From NCBI RefSeq assembly GCF_964194025.1, contig NC_134470.1:52824001-52888000 (forward strand): 64,000 bases of DNA, in the 5' to 3' direction. Made by a program: the position numbers and the translations under genes. Shown piece after piece: positions 37,535 through 51,500 of this stretch. Position 1 is the stretch's first letter, and each line of letters begins with the position of its first letter. The notes beneath the pieces were generated by a model. The model saw only the letters and a list, made by a program, of their open reading frames with translations, made no database searches and was not told where the DNA came from. The DNA comes from Convolutriloba macropyga. Lineage: Eukaryota.

Positions 37535-39500
37535 TTGTTTCTTGCGCAGACAATCCCTTTTATTAGATTGGCTACAAACTTTACTTCAGAATCTGAGCAG
37601 CTTATATCGCTCAAAACTCATCTGAATTGTGAAAAAGTCACTCATGCAGTCACTGCTGCTTAATAACAGAACAAAAATGGACAAAATTTTGCAAGAACAC
37701 AATTGTACAATAAATACAGCAAACGTTCGAGAGCAAATAAAATTCCTTTGTTAAGGCTTGCAAATTAACCTTACGTACAGCAGCCAATAAGAATAAATGC
37801 CAATTTTCGCAATACAGTCACAATTTAACTGTTTTCCATCTGTTTTTCCTTTCATCCGATGTCAAATAACCAGAAAATTTGTTTTAAAACTTTTCCCACG
37901 GCAATAGCTTTGATATCAAATATTTGGTTAAAATCTGTGCGCTTATAACGCATAAAAAATTCAAGCTTAAATAGATTGTTCAAAGCGATGGTGCACAATT
38001 AGTTTAAAATCAAAAAACCAAAAGCATGTCTGATTCGTTCCAATAAAAATTGTTGCGCAACAATGCGTTTATCAAGAGCAAATTAAGATACCTGATAACT
38101 TTGTTAGTAAGTTAACCACAGCTAAACTCGAACTTTTTTGGCTTTGATTTGGAGCTGACATTGCTTTTCAAATTTCCAAGGTTAACCATAACCAAAGTTG
38201 GACGAACATCTCTCGACCAACTGATGTGCGCTATTCTACTGCACCTTTCTTCTGCTGCGGGGAAAGGAGGAAAGCGCGGCATTGTTCTGCTAATAATCTT
38301 CAAAATGTGTTCCTCGTACTTTTATAGGTCAATAACTACGATTGAAAGGGGTAAACGCGGACCAATTTCGTCGCCTACTTTGCTAGTCTTTTTTTCCAAA
38401 TTTTAAGAGCCAACTCACGTAAAAGCGGAAATCAACTGCTCTCTCCGATGGAGACTCTACATTCCTTCTCTTGAAATGTAATTTCGCTGGTGGTCTATAA
38501 CTACCTGCCATTAATATTTGAGCACCCCTATAATTTACAATACTATAGTCAACTACAAACTTATGCTAGCCAACAAAATCGGACCACCAGCCGTCTAGTT
38601 CACACTTGTCAGCTTATATCCCCTGTCTTCATTCAAAAAACGCGGCAGCAATTAACACTAAAATTGAAGATATAGTTCTCATCAGATATATACGAATTTC
38701 CAAAATATACAGTATTAATATTATTGCAGATTCATTGGCCGACAAATGCATTCTCGTACCGCCAATCTTATCTCCAGGAATTTCCAGCTTCGTAGAACCG
38801 ATTGTGCGTGATATTAATAATCAAGGACCAGTAAGGAACATCAAACACTACCTTTTGAGTCAAAATTCAATAGTGAAATTAATAATGAAGATTACTGCTT
38901 TATATAAAAAATTGGAACAATAGGTGCAAGAAATTGATTAACTAGATCGAGTTGTCAAAAAACCTCCAAAACATCGAAAAATCACCATACATAACAGTAA
39001 AAAAATTTAAACAGCACAATTATTGAGTTGAATTGCACAAAGAGTTCTCAAATTCTCGAAAACGCAATAAATTCTTGAAATCCAAAAAAAAGGTTTTTAA
39101 CTCAAATTGGAACACAATCGAATAAATAACTCATGAAATTTGGATTTCCTCAACATGAATTTAGAAGTTGATAGATCTACTTAAATAAATTACTAACAAA
39201 TTTGTACATTTTGAACATTTACAAACTACATGCAACAGTTGGAGTACACGATCTTTATACTGAAGCAATCAAGCATACAAACAAACCAAACTATGCCAAC
39301 AAGCATGAAAACATCTTACTGCACTAATGGCTCTTGAAATTGACAGTCTAGTCCAGCGTGCATTTATGGTGTAATGAGAACTGCCGTTAATCGATGTGGT
39401 ATTGCAATATTTGGAGACAAAACAAAGATCCCTTTCCCAATCAATAAGCCTCGAAAACAATGTCGATGGTATGGGGAGGGTGGGGCATGGGCTTATTGCT

Positions 39501-39597
39501 TTAGGTGGCTTTCCCAGACATGATCAGAGCAATGATCAGTCCATAAAGTCCCAGTACTTCAGCAAAGATCAGAATAAGTATCATTCCCACGTACAGC
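39501..39597 (-). CDS. ATP6V0C: V-ATPase c coding exon 4 (absent from the ORF track)
   Basis: tttcAG acceptor; [34 protein letters not shown]; phase matches exon 3. Confidence 0.95.
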
Positions 39598-42500
39598 CTG
39601 AAACAAATATTCCAGTTAAACCGTGACTAGATAATGGGGGTTCATTTTTACATAAATTGAATTCTCAACATTAAGTGACGACATTCAGCTTCAATTTTTC
39701 CATTTTTCATTGGAACTTCCTCAAGATAACTAAGTAAAAAGGACAGCAAAAGTAATTCAGAGTAAATAACACCAATGATAGCTGTGCTCCATTGTCTTAC
39801 ATGAAATTGATATCCCAATTTAGTAAAATTGAGATCACAAATCTCCACTAAAATTGATATCCCAAATCTTTTTCCACAAAACTAAAGGAAAAATTGTGCA
39901 TGAAAAACAACACCCTTGTTTTGCTATCTTTATCGTCCCCTTTTACTCTGGGGAAAAACGGGTATAGCATTTTATATTGCTTATTTTTCCTTCAATTTCA
40001 TTACAGCCTCAGCACAGAATGATGGCTGATGCCCACTAAGAATTTCACTACCAGCGCTTTAAAGTGTAAATTGTACATAACAGTTCACAGTGGAATAAGA
40101 TAGGCCATTCTTTCCGTCTTTTTCTCACGCTCGCAACGACTGCTTTTGTTGCCTTTTCTATTCAGTCGCGTTCTTTCCAATTTGGGCACAGGAGTAAGAT
40201 TACGGGCATCAAAGGAACTGGTATTTAAGGCGAATAGGTACATTAGTCACTGCGCACTGTCTGCATGTAAACCCGCAAAATGCTCGAAGTGACAAAATCA
40301 GAACTTCAACCAAAACTAAGAGTCAATGTCCTATCTATACTTGGTATTTGACAGTATTTGACTTTTATAAATCCTTTTAGATGTTTAGCTGTAAAAAGTT
40401 TGACCTAGGTAGCATTTTGATGGCAGAGGGTTCCCAACATAAGGTGTCACGCCCCTATTTCGCGGCTCATAGTTTTGTGATATATTCCTATAATATCCTT
40501 ATTTAAGTCACGATTTAATACTCAATTTAATAAATTTCAAGGTCCTTATTTCCACCTAGGACTGTATCCCCTAATTTGTTTATATTTATTGAAAATAACC
40601 GCAGAATGACAGATTACTAATGAACATTACGGACCCAAGAGCTACAATATTTACTTTTTCAAGTTCGGAAAAGAAGCATATTGGTAAATACTGTAAAGAA
40701 AGTTATGTAGTTGGCGAAGTATAAATTTGCTGATAAAGGAGGCGCTAGGACGGATAAGTACTTAAACAGCACCTAGAAACAAACAAAAGCCAAAAATTTA
40801 CTAACTTGAAGGTCAGTAAAAATTTGCGAAGGACCAATATAGCTTGAGGTACCAACCTGCAGAGTTTGAAGACCAGAATCAGCAATCAGTTGCTAATACT
40901 CTTCAAAAAACCTCAACTTAAAACTAATACTTTCTTACTCTCTTTAAGCCACTCTCTTTTTGTATCTTCATAACTCAGATAAGATAGAGAGAATGGTATT
41001 GATTCTCACCTAAACAAACTTAAAGTACAAGTCAATAAGCGGATAATTGCGCATCAAAACCACTCAAAACGCTATTACTAGCTAATTATATTGTAATAAA
41101 AACCGCTTAAATCACACTATGAAACAACTATAGTAAGTTCCTGTGAGATTACGATTATTCTAGTAAATTGCTCCGCTCGAAACACCATTAAACCATCTTT
41201 AAGATAGTGCGTAACATAAGGTTTATTAAAAACTTTTCGTAATCCGAATTTTAGATTCGAAGCTGTTTAAATTTAATATCAATTCACATAAAAATTGTCC
41301 TTTTCACATCAATTTATTGAAGCAATTATAAAACCATTTGGGTTTTGCAATACAATCAAAAGCAAGCAATGTAACAACATAGCCGACAGATTTCCGGAAA
41401 ATAACCGCGATGAACCGCCCTAAAATTGAAAAGGCAAAAATTAAAGACATAAATTGAACACCCTTTTACTTTCTAGAGTTCTAGGTGTTAGGCTCGGAAG
41501 ATAATTGTTGCATAACACATGAAAAAAGCTGAGAATAAAGCTATTAGATGTTTGAGATGAAAACTTCAAAAACTAATTCTCAAAAATTACTGCATTTAAC
41601 TTTGTGGCACCGTTTAGTTGCACAGGATACATCCTCAATTAGTAAACATTTTTAAAATTGAACTTCATTGTGTCCATGTGAAAGTCATTTTTCAGGTAAA
41701 TGATTCGAAAACTTTCACCCAATAGAACTGAAAGCTGACAAAAAAGTAAATCAATCACACAAATTCGATTGCACAGCAGTACAAGCATCGATGGAGACGA
41801 CAAATATAGCCACCATATTGCCGGAAACTAGCTGCATTAGACCTCTTAACCATCGTTGGAGTTTTGAAAAACGAAGAAAAAGAAAAGAACGAATAATTTG
41901 GTAGCATGTTATTCTCTAAAAATTTCGGGGTCAGAGGAGGGTAATTTAAATAAAGTCGGAGGGTAAAAATTAAGTTGAAGAACAATTTCAAATTTTGGAT
42001 GCTTCAGATGAAGAACATTAGAGCGCTAAGTTTGGGGCTCAGTTTAGATTCACTTTATTGTCCTTCATTAGCAAATGTAGTTGAAATTTAAAGTTTATCC
42101 AAAGAAGGCAAAGCATTTCTTCGAGTGAATTAAGTCCAAAATTTATCCTACAATTGACCTGCAAGCTAACGCAAAAAAAAATAAGAAGTGACGTCACGCA
42201 TACAAAGTTAATCTCGGAGCGGTAGAAGACTCTGAAATATGAAACGCCAAGCAGTCTTAGGAATCAACATAGAGACGGCGAAATAAAAGACATAGCATGA
42301 CAAGTCAGTCCTGAAATAAAATCCGAATTGAAGGAAAAACAAATTATTGCAACTGACCAGCAGACCAATTGAACAATATCAAAGTCTCACAAATTTAGAA
42401 GGCATTGAAAAAGACCTTTATCAACTTTGACAAATGTCAATTTAAGACTGATCTAACAAAAAACTTGAAAAATGATTGAAAAACATGTTAACATTGAACC

Positions 42501-45500
42501 CTTATCGGCTTAATAACTACAAAAAAATCGACCTTCTTCCCTTAAATTTAGGGGCCTTCCCAGCAGCTACATCAATCTAAGGCTGTTAAAGCTAGCGTAG
42601 CCCTCTAATGAAACAAAGCCCACTGGCCGCTACCTGTTTATCCCGTTACGGAAGCAAAATAAAAATGATGGAAAATGTGTGAAAACATCTTACAAAAAAG
42701 CCAGTGCACTACAATCCGAATTCAATGGATTGTATAAATGCGATGAAATAAATAATAGCCTAGCTAACGCTTCGCGTCTATTAAACATCGTTGAAAGACT
42801 CCAGAACCGACTCAAAGCAAAAAACTACCCAAAGCGAGCCAGCAGCGTATTGAAGCAAACAATTCATTTCACTACAGCAATCACTTCCAAAAAACGAGAT
42901 GAGGTAAATTGAACAGGTAAAAGTGAAATCTATCATTTTTGGAAATTAATTACTAGCTGCGACTCAGAACAAACAATTCCAGCACACCGTGGGATACTGT
43001 ACTCTACATTCAGCGATATCAAATAATATAGACAAAACAAGAACTAAACTGAGAAAACATAGCCGGCAATTAAAATTCATTCCGTAGAAGCCTTTTTTAT
43101 TACAGACCTTTATTTCACATATGAGTTCCCTTGACCTTAATTTAATTCAAATTGAACTTACGCTTAGAAGCACAAATGTCATTTTATTGAAAGAGGTAAG
43201 TCACGTATGATCGAAATCTAATCACGCAAATGACAAAAACGTTTGCTAGAGAGAGCGAGAAATTAAGTCACGCACGCAAAAGCCGTAAGTCAGAGGAAAA
43301 AGTAATTCAGTAAATTTGACTTTTTCAGCTTTGCTGTGTGAACATATGTGTGAACAGCTGTGCGAAAGAATAGACTTGCGTGCCGTTTAAAAGAGATAGA
43401 AACAGATACAGATATAAGGTGAAAGAGTTATCGACGCCGCTCAAAAAACTATGCAAAAAACATTCAGCGATAAATTTAAAGCGCATGCTAAAATTCATTG
43501 CGCAAAGATTTTCATTATGGACCTTTATTACACATATGAGTTCATTTGACCTTAAACTAATTAAAACTGAACTTAAGTTTTAAAGTGCAAAAGTAATTTT
43601 ATTGAGTTGAAAACGTTGGCTAAAGAGTGAGAAATGACGTCACTTTCGCACATGCCATTAGATACATGAAATTATTTAGAAATTTTGACTTTTGCAGCTT
43701 TGCTGAGTGAAACAATGTAAAACGAAAAACAGCCTCAGACGACGAAACAAAAAAACCAAGAGCACCAGAATATAGCTCCACCCAGCTTCGCTTCTATAAA
43801 AAACAAAAAAGCGTCAGGCGACGCAACAAAAACATAGCCGGAAGAAAACCGGAACCAACTCGAAGAGTTCGAGCTTTGCAAAAAAACCGTACCTGCAGCC
43901 GAAAGCAAAACCTTTAAAACAGTAACCTTTTACTTCAACAGACTTGATCAAAAAAATTTGGAAAAACTAACACTGCTGTCGAAACGAGAAAGATTTGAGC
44001 AGACATCATGAGAAGAATTAGAAATCAAATCACGAGAGCATTCAGTAACAATACAAAAAACCGCACAGAATTGAACCATCAGACATAAATGAGACCAAAA
44101 AAAATCACTGAAATCTTGATTCGGCAAAATTTCATTTTAAACATTTAGCAACGTTGAAAAATGGCAAAAACTTTAAGTATGGTCAATTACTGATAGACTG
44201 GAAAAACTGACAGGGTTAAACGCTGTGAAGAAACAAAAGAGGATACTAGTCAAATAAACTAGAACTCCACAATCAACTATTCGCGCCAAAGAAACATTGT
44301 GAAATCATAAGGCAGATAGCATTCACAGAAATAAAACTAAGTTTTTTGAGAAGGATAATAGAGTTTAGCGTTTAAGATTTTAAGCTGCTGTATGAGAGAT
44401 CATATGCAGAATGAGTTCAAACAATTGCACAAATTAATTTAATCTTTAACGAGACAAAACCAACGGAATAATAAAGGCACACAACACTTTAATCCTAAAA
44501 CTAAGACCCCAAGATTTTTCGCAGAAAGCATTAATCAGCCAAAATTTTTAAACTGATGACAGCAAAAAATCTCAGAGCTGCAATATATAGAAAATGCGAA
44601 AAAAGAAAATTAGGAAAAAGGCTTAAATAATTGATTTTTTAAAATGATAAAGCCACAGCAAATAAAACCATAGCTCTTAGGAGTGCAATATCGAGATAAG
44701 CAAGAGTTAAAACTAAATTTAAAACGAAGCGAAGAACAAATACATTGCTCATTTAGCATTCGACTTCTAGGCCATCCGCTTGTACGAATAAAAGAGGTCA
44801 AAACAAAGATCAAAGAATTGAAACAATAAGTTGCAAAAATTTTTTTAAATTGCACTTAAATATTTTTACTGAATTCTGGAAAAACAACGCCAAAAAATAA
44901 ACCTGTTTTTAATTAAAAACAGAATGAAAATCTCTGAGGGTGCAAAAAAGACTTTCTAATAATTAAATATCAAATACCAACAAAAACGGAGAAAAATTCG
45001 ACAATACTGATATCGGATTATCATGTATAAAATTTTAGAGACAAAAATACCTCACGTTAGGAAGAGACGTTCAATAAACGAAAATTCAAACGGAAGTTGC
45101 GAAGTTTCCATATGCACTCATTTTGAAAATAAGTCCTCTTAAAGATTCAGAAATAAATGAAAAGTCAAAATTAAGACTTAAAAAATTAACTTAAAAAATA
45201 AGAAATTTGTGCTCAATTTACATTTGAAACGGGGTTAGGCTCTTAAAAATGGTATTAGTTTCAAGAAGCTTTCAAATTAAAGCAGCAACAACTTAATTTT
45301 TTTTCCGCAAAAATTTCCCGGTACAGAAAAAAAAATGGGCCAATTGGATGAACAGGCCGGCTATATATGATCCATTCTGTCAAAATACTTATCAAAGTTA
45401 AAAAAGTCACTCAATGAACGCAGCGTATAAATCGAAAGCTTTTCTCGCTCAGCAGAAATCTCTTCAACATTGCAGCTTTTCTCACTATCGCTTATAAGTC

Positions 45501-48500
45501 AAAACGCCGCACGAACAAAACTACTTCCTGTAAAAAAAAAACATCGCACATTGCAAGACAAGTCCTGGCACACAATTCGAAGAATTTTCATTGACTGCAA
45601 ATAAACTAGACCTAGAATGAACAATGATTGGATTAGGAAAACTACTTAGATACTCAGACCCAATAGATGATAGCCAGCAGATTGCCGATTGCGAAAGAAT
45701 AGAGATAGACACATATACAGATCTAAATTGAAAAATCGGCGCCGCTCAAAAAGGTAAAAAACCTTCAGCGATAAATTAACAAAGCTTGTTAAAACTCATT
45801 CCACAGAAGCCTTCTATTAGGGAACTATACTGCACATATGAGTTCCTTTGACCTTAAACTAATTAAAATTAAACTGAAGTATTGAAGTGCAAGTCATTTT
45901 ATTGAGTGAGTCATATGTATGATCAAAATCTAATCACGCAAATGATCTTAAAATCTTTGCTAAAGATAGAATGAGAAATGACGTCAGGCTCGCAAACACC
46001 GTTAGAGGAAGAATTCATTCAGAAAATTCGACTTTTTCAGCCTTGCTGTGTGAACAAATGAAAAACGAAAGATGGCGTTAGACGAAACAAAACCAAGAGC
46101 ACCGCAATATAGCTCCGCTCAGCTTATACCTTCGCAGCTATAATAACACATAAACCGACTAATGTCGGAAGAATTACACTTGAACGACAGGCGAGGCAAT
46201 TTAATTCAGGGGCTGTAGCCTAGATTAATTTATCTTTATGGGTCCAAAAATAGTTAACGACGCCGGGATTCGAACCATGGACCTGCTGATCCCTAACCAC
46301 ACGCACTGCCCATTCGTCTATCAGTACCTGCTTGTTGCTATACTGCAATCGTTTTTAATTTAGCAACAAGCTTTACTTCGGAGTGAGATCACTCAAAATG
46401 AACGAAAGCGTGAAAAAAACACTTGAGAAGCCAAGGAGTGTTCTAGAAAAGCGCAAAAACGGTCAAGCAAAAAATTTGCATACAGAACATCACCATGTTA
46501 ACAAAAATTGCTATGAACTTCGTTCAGGAGCAATATAAATCATGTCAAAATTCAGCATGTGAACAAAAAAACGCTAGCAATAAAGGGAATTTTTTGTTCC
46601 AACACCATTTTCTCTCTATTTTAAAATTACAGCAAAAAAAATTCACGCCGCAAAACCACTCGCTTTTTCGCTCCATTTTCTTTTTCGGCGTGACCAAAAT
46701 CACCACTCTGATTTGACTTCAAAAATCATGAAAATGTGTGAACAGATCAAACTCTTTGAAATGTAAAAAACCAAGAGCACCGCAATATAGCCCCGCTCAG
46801 CTTACAACTTTGCAGCTATAAAAAATCATTTGAAAATTAGCGGAAGAGAAGCCACTGAACTTAAGCGGTCATCTTAAAAATCCAGTACAAAATCACAATT
46901 CGTTTATGAGCAATTAATAATCATAGATTAAATCGAGGCCGTTGTCGGACTAATCAATAAACCACTTGCCAATTGGCCTGATCAAGAATTTGCTCATTCC
47001 GCCTCCTATTTTCTATAAAAATGAACGACTTTGTTTCATGTCTTCCATGTAAAATCCAATTGATGTTAACTTGAATTTATCTCATGACAAAATGAATCGA
47101 AGGCTTTTGATTAATCCTGATACAAATGCTACTTAGATGCACACTATTGATCTTTAACTAGTAAATGTTCATAAAATAAAGTTCCATAAGTGAGTTCAGA
47201 AGTCATTTTTTGAGTGAGGTAAGTCACGCAATCGACCTAAAAGCACAAATGACGTCACGCAGACAAATTTTAACTGCAAAGCAGTAGAAGTCACCGAAGT
47301 CATTGAAAAAGTCAGGGTAAGACGAAACAAAAAACACAGCAGGACAGGTCCTGAAAAACAATCCAAAGAATTGAATGAAAAACAGACCCAATAAACCTGA
47401 CCAAGATCAACTGAACAAACCCAGCCAAAAAGACAAAATCTCAAAAGTTGAGAAACTAAAGGAATGAAAAAAACTAAACAAAATAATCATTGCTAAAACT
47501 CTTGAAGCTTTTAACCGAAGGCCATATATGACACAATACAATATACTCATTAACTCACGCGCAAGCTTTGGAGATTAATTTGCCACGATAAGTAGATAAC
47601 CTCTGGAAAAATAAAAAATGCTTAACAAAAACAAGTGCAAATTTTTTTTTTAAAATTCTAAAGTTCACTGGAAAAAAAATGCTCAAAAACATTTTTCTCC
47701 CTTGAGGTCTAACATGTTACCCATCTTCGAGACTTTTGTGGGAAAAAAAGATTCGCGGGCCAGTAAAAACCGTTAACCTCAGAAAATTACAAAAAAAATA
47801 AAGATCCATAAATTTGGAACATGGTAATAATTTTCAGAAAAACAAAAAATTGCTAAAACTCGTGTTATTAAAATATTGATAACTATTCCATTACCTCTGG
47901 CAACTATGCATTAACTTACAATCAAACCCTGGAGGAGGTTCCTGGGCCTCTGATGCAGTAAAAGATCAATCCATGTGAACTATTCAATAACCTATTATTT
48001 AACCCAAGCGGAGGTTTCTTGACACCAAGGGCTGAAAAACCTCAAAAAATGACAATAATTTTCAAAATTAGCATAAAATTGCATGTTTAGGAAGTACCCA
48101 AAACATATAGCTCTTAAAATGGCCATAAAAGCAATGAAGTCTTGCAGAAGACCTTTATCAACTTTAACAAGCCTCAATTTTAGACTGGTCCAACAAAAGA
48201 AAAATTCGAAAAACGACGAAAAAATGAGAATTTTTAACATTTTGGGCTCAAAAACTCCTAAAAATGTCCTTTTAACCTTTAATTACGGCCTTCCTAGTAG
48301 CTTCGCCACTCTATGTTCTTGAGGGATTACTAAACGCGTCTACGGTCCTCTTATGAAACTTGATGCCCGCTGAGCTTTACCTGTTTATCCCGTTTTGAAA
48401 GCTCAAAGTCATAAAAAGGTGTGAACACATCTCACAAAAATAAAAAAAGACAGAGCACCAATACAATCCAATTCTTGGATTTTAAAAAATTAGGAGCGCA

Positions 48501-51500
48501 ATAATAGCCGCCTGGAATTGCTGACGCGGCTATTAATAACATTTAGCCGTAAACCAAACTGCGTCTTATTAAACATAACCGACTAAACGTCGGAAGAATT
48601 GCTCTCGAACGACTAGTGGGAGCTCTAATCAATTGCAGCCTGCTTCAATGGGGGGAGGAGCCTAAATGGAACTAAGAAGTTCAATAGTGGGCTTCAAATA
48701 ACCACACTAGAGGTTAACATATACCACTATTAAGAATTAAATTTAAAAATGGCACCATTTTCGGCGCACTTTTCATTTGACTTTTAGTAATAAATTGCCG
48801 CTAATTGAGTTCAGCTGTTTGAAATTGCGATTGAGAGAGAATTTTAGATCACGCGAAACGCAAACAGTCAAGAGCGTAAAAGTCACTCGAAGAGTCAAAG
48901 CTGTCAAGCAAAAACCTCAAAAAATGACAATAATTTTCAAAAAACTTTAAAAATTAGCATAAAATTGCATGTTTAGGAAGTACCCAAAACATATAGCTCT
49001 TAAAATGTCCATAAAAGCAATGAAGTCTTGCAGAAGACCTTTATCAACTTTAACAAGCCTCAATTTTAGACTGGTCAAACAAAAGAAAAATTCGAAAAAC
49101 GACGAAAAAATGAGAATTTGTAACATTTTGGGCTCAAAAACTCCTAAAAATGTCCCTTTAACCTTTAATTACGGCCTTCCTAGTAGCTTCGCTACTCTAA
49201 GTTCTTGAGGGATTACTAAACGCGTCTACGGTCCTCTTATGAAACTTGATGCCCGCTGAGCTTTACCTGTTTATCCCGTTTTGAAAGCTCAAAGTCATAA
49301 AAAGGTGTGAACACATCTTACAAAAATAAAAAAAAAGACAGAGCACCAATACAATCCAACTCTTGGATTTTAAAAAATTAGGAGCGCAATAATAGCCGCC
49401 TGGAATTGCTGACGCGGCTATTAATAACATTTAGCCGTAAACCAAACTGCGTCTTATTAAATATAACCGACTAAACGTCGGAAGAATTGCTCTCGAACGA
49501 CTAGTGGGAGCTCTAATCAATTGCAGCCTGCTTCAATGGGGAGAGGAGCCTAAATGGAACTAAGAAGTTCAATAGTGGGCTTCAAATAACCACACTAGAG
49601 GTTAACATATACCAATATTAAGAATTAAATTTAAAAATGGCACCATTTTCGGCGCACTTTTCATTTGACTTTTAGTAATAAATTGCCGCTAATTGAGTTC
49701 AGCTGTTTGAAATTGCGATTGAGAGAGAATTTTAGATCACGCGAAACGCAAATAGTCAAGGGCGTAAAAGTCACTCGAAGAGTCAAAGCTGTCAAGCAAA
49801 AACCTCAAAAAATGACAATAATTTTCAAAAAACTTTAAAAATTAGCATAAAATTGCATGTTTAGGAAGTACCCAAAACATATAGCTCTTAAAATGTCCAT
49901 AAAAGCAATGAAGTCTTGCAGAAGACCTTTATCAACTTTAACAAGCCTCAATTTTAGACTGGTCAAACAAAAGAAAAATTCGAAAAACGACGAAAAAATG
50001 AGAATTTGTAACATTTTGGGCTCAAAAACTCCTAAAAATGTCCTTTTAACCTTTAATTACGGCCTTCCTAGTAGCTTCGCTACTCTAAGTTCTTGAGGGA
50101 TTACTAAACGCGTCTACGGTCCTCTTATGAAAATTGCTGCCCGCTGAGCTTTACCTGTTTATCCCGTTTTGAAAGCTCAAAGTCATGAAAAGGTGTGAAA
50201 ATATCTTACAAAAACAAAAAAAAAGACAGAGCACCAATACAATCCAATTCTTGTATTGTAAAAAAATAGGAGCGAGATAATAGCCGCCTGGAATTAATGA
50301 CGCGGCTAATAATAACATTTAGCCGTAAACCAAACTGCGTCTTAAACATAACCGACTGAACGTCGGAAGAATTGCTCTCGAACGACTAGTGGGAGCTCTA
50401 ATCAATTGCAGCCTGATTCAATGGGGGGAGGAGCCTAAATGGAACTAAGAAGGTCAATAGTCGGCTTCAAATAACCACACTAGAGGTTAACAAATACCAC
50501 TATTAAGATTTAAATTAAAAAATGGCACCAGTTTCGGCGCACTTTTCATTTGACTTTTAGTATTAAATTGCCACTAATTGAGTTCAGCTGTTTGAAATTG
50601 CGATTGAGAGAGAATTTTAGATCACGCGAAACGCAAAAAGTCAAGGGCGTAAAAGTCACTCGAAAAGTCAAAATTGTCAAGCAAAAATTTTGCATAAAAA
50701 AGACACACGCGTTTACAATAATTACTATGAAGTTCGTTCAAGAGCAATTAATCAGTTTTCCATAATTCAAAGGTACAGAAACGACAAAGTTGAGATTGTC
50801 ACAGATCATTTAAAGTAGGCTGTTTATCTTATTGCCCAATTATAAAAATCCATATACATTGCTGCACCAGTTGGCCCTAAAATGAAGCGAGCCCGGGACA
50901 GTGAAAACTTACTCGAGTATTAGAAACCCATTTCAAAATTTACTGATGTTATATTCAATGATTACTGACTTCGGCTGTTGTGCAGTGCCTCTGACTCCGG
51001 CATCTCCCACAATCCCAATGGCAAATCCGGCAGCCAGTCCTGACAGACCCACACTCAATCCAGCGCCCAAGTGGATGAAACTACTGTAACACACCGAACA
51101 TTTTAACCAACGCGACCCTAAGTTTCGCGAAACGTTCAAACAATGAGGCTGCACTGTAGTTAACATTCTGGTTTTGAAGAGATATGGTCAATTAGCTTCT
51201 TTTAAAAAAAATGATGCATTGTAGCTGCATTATAGAAAATCCTCAATTTTTGTCGGAACTGAATAGATACACAAATGGGATCTCTTCCGTTTATGCCCCC
51301 CCACGTTTTGCACCCCCAGTTACAGAGCGCGTACCACTATATAGTAAATCATTATGTAAAAATATGGCACGTGCGTCTGGGGTGCATGATATGACCCACT
51401 AAGCTGGGAGGGGATGATCCCATACGAAAAAGATCCCACAAATGTTACTTTCTTTACTTACGACTAGATCGCAAGCTATCGTTAACAATCAATAACTAAC

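Noticed and set aside
48310-48345. AAACGCGTC resembling a minimal Penelope-type hammerhead stem III
   Set aside because: It lacks the G of GAAA and an upstream CTGANGA
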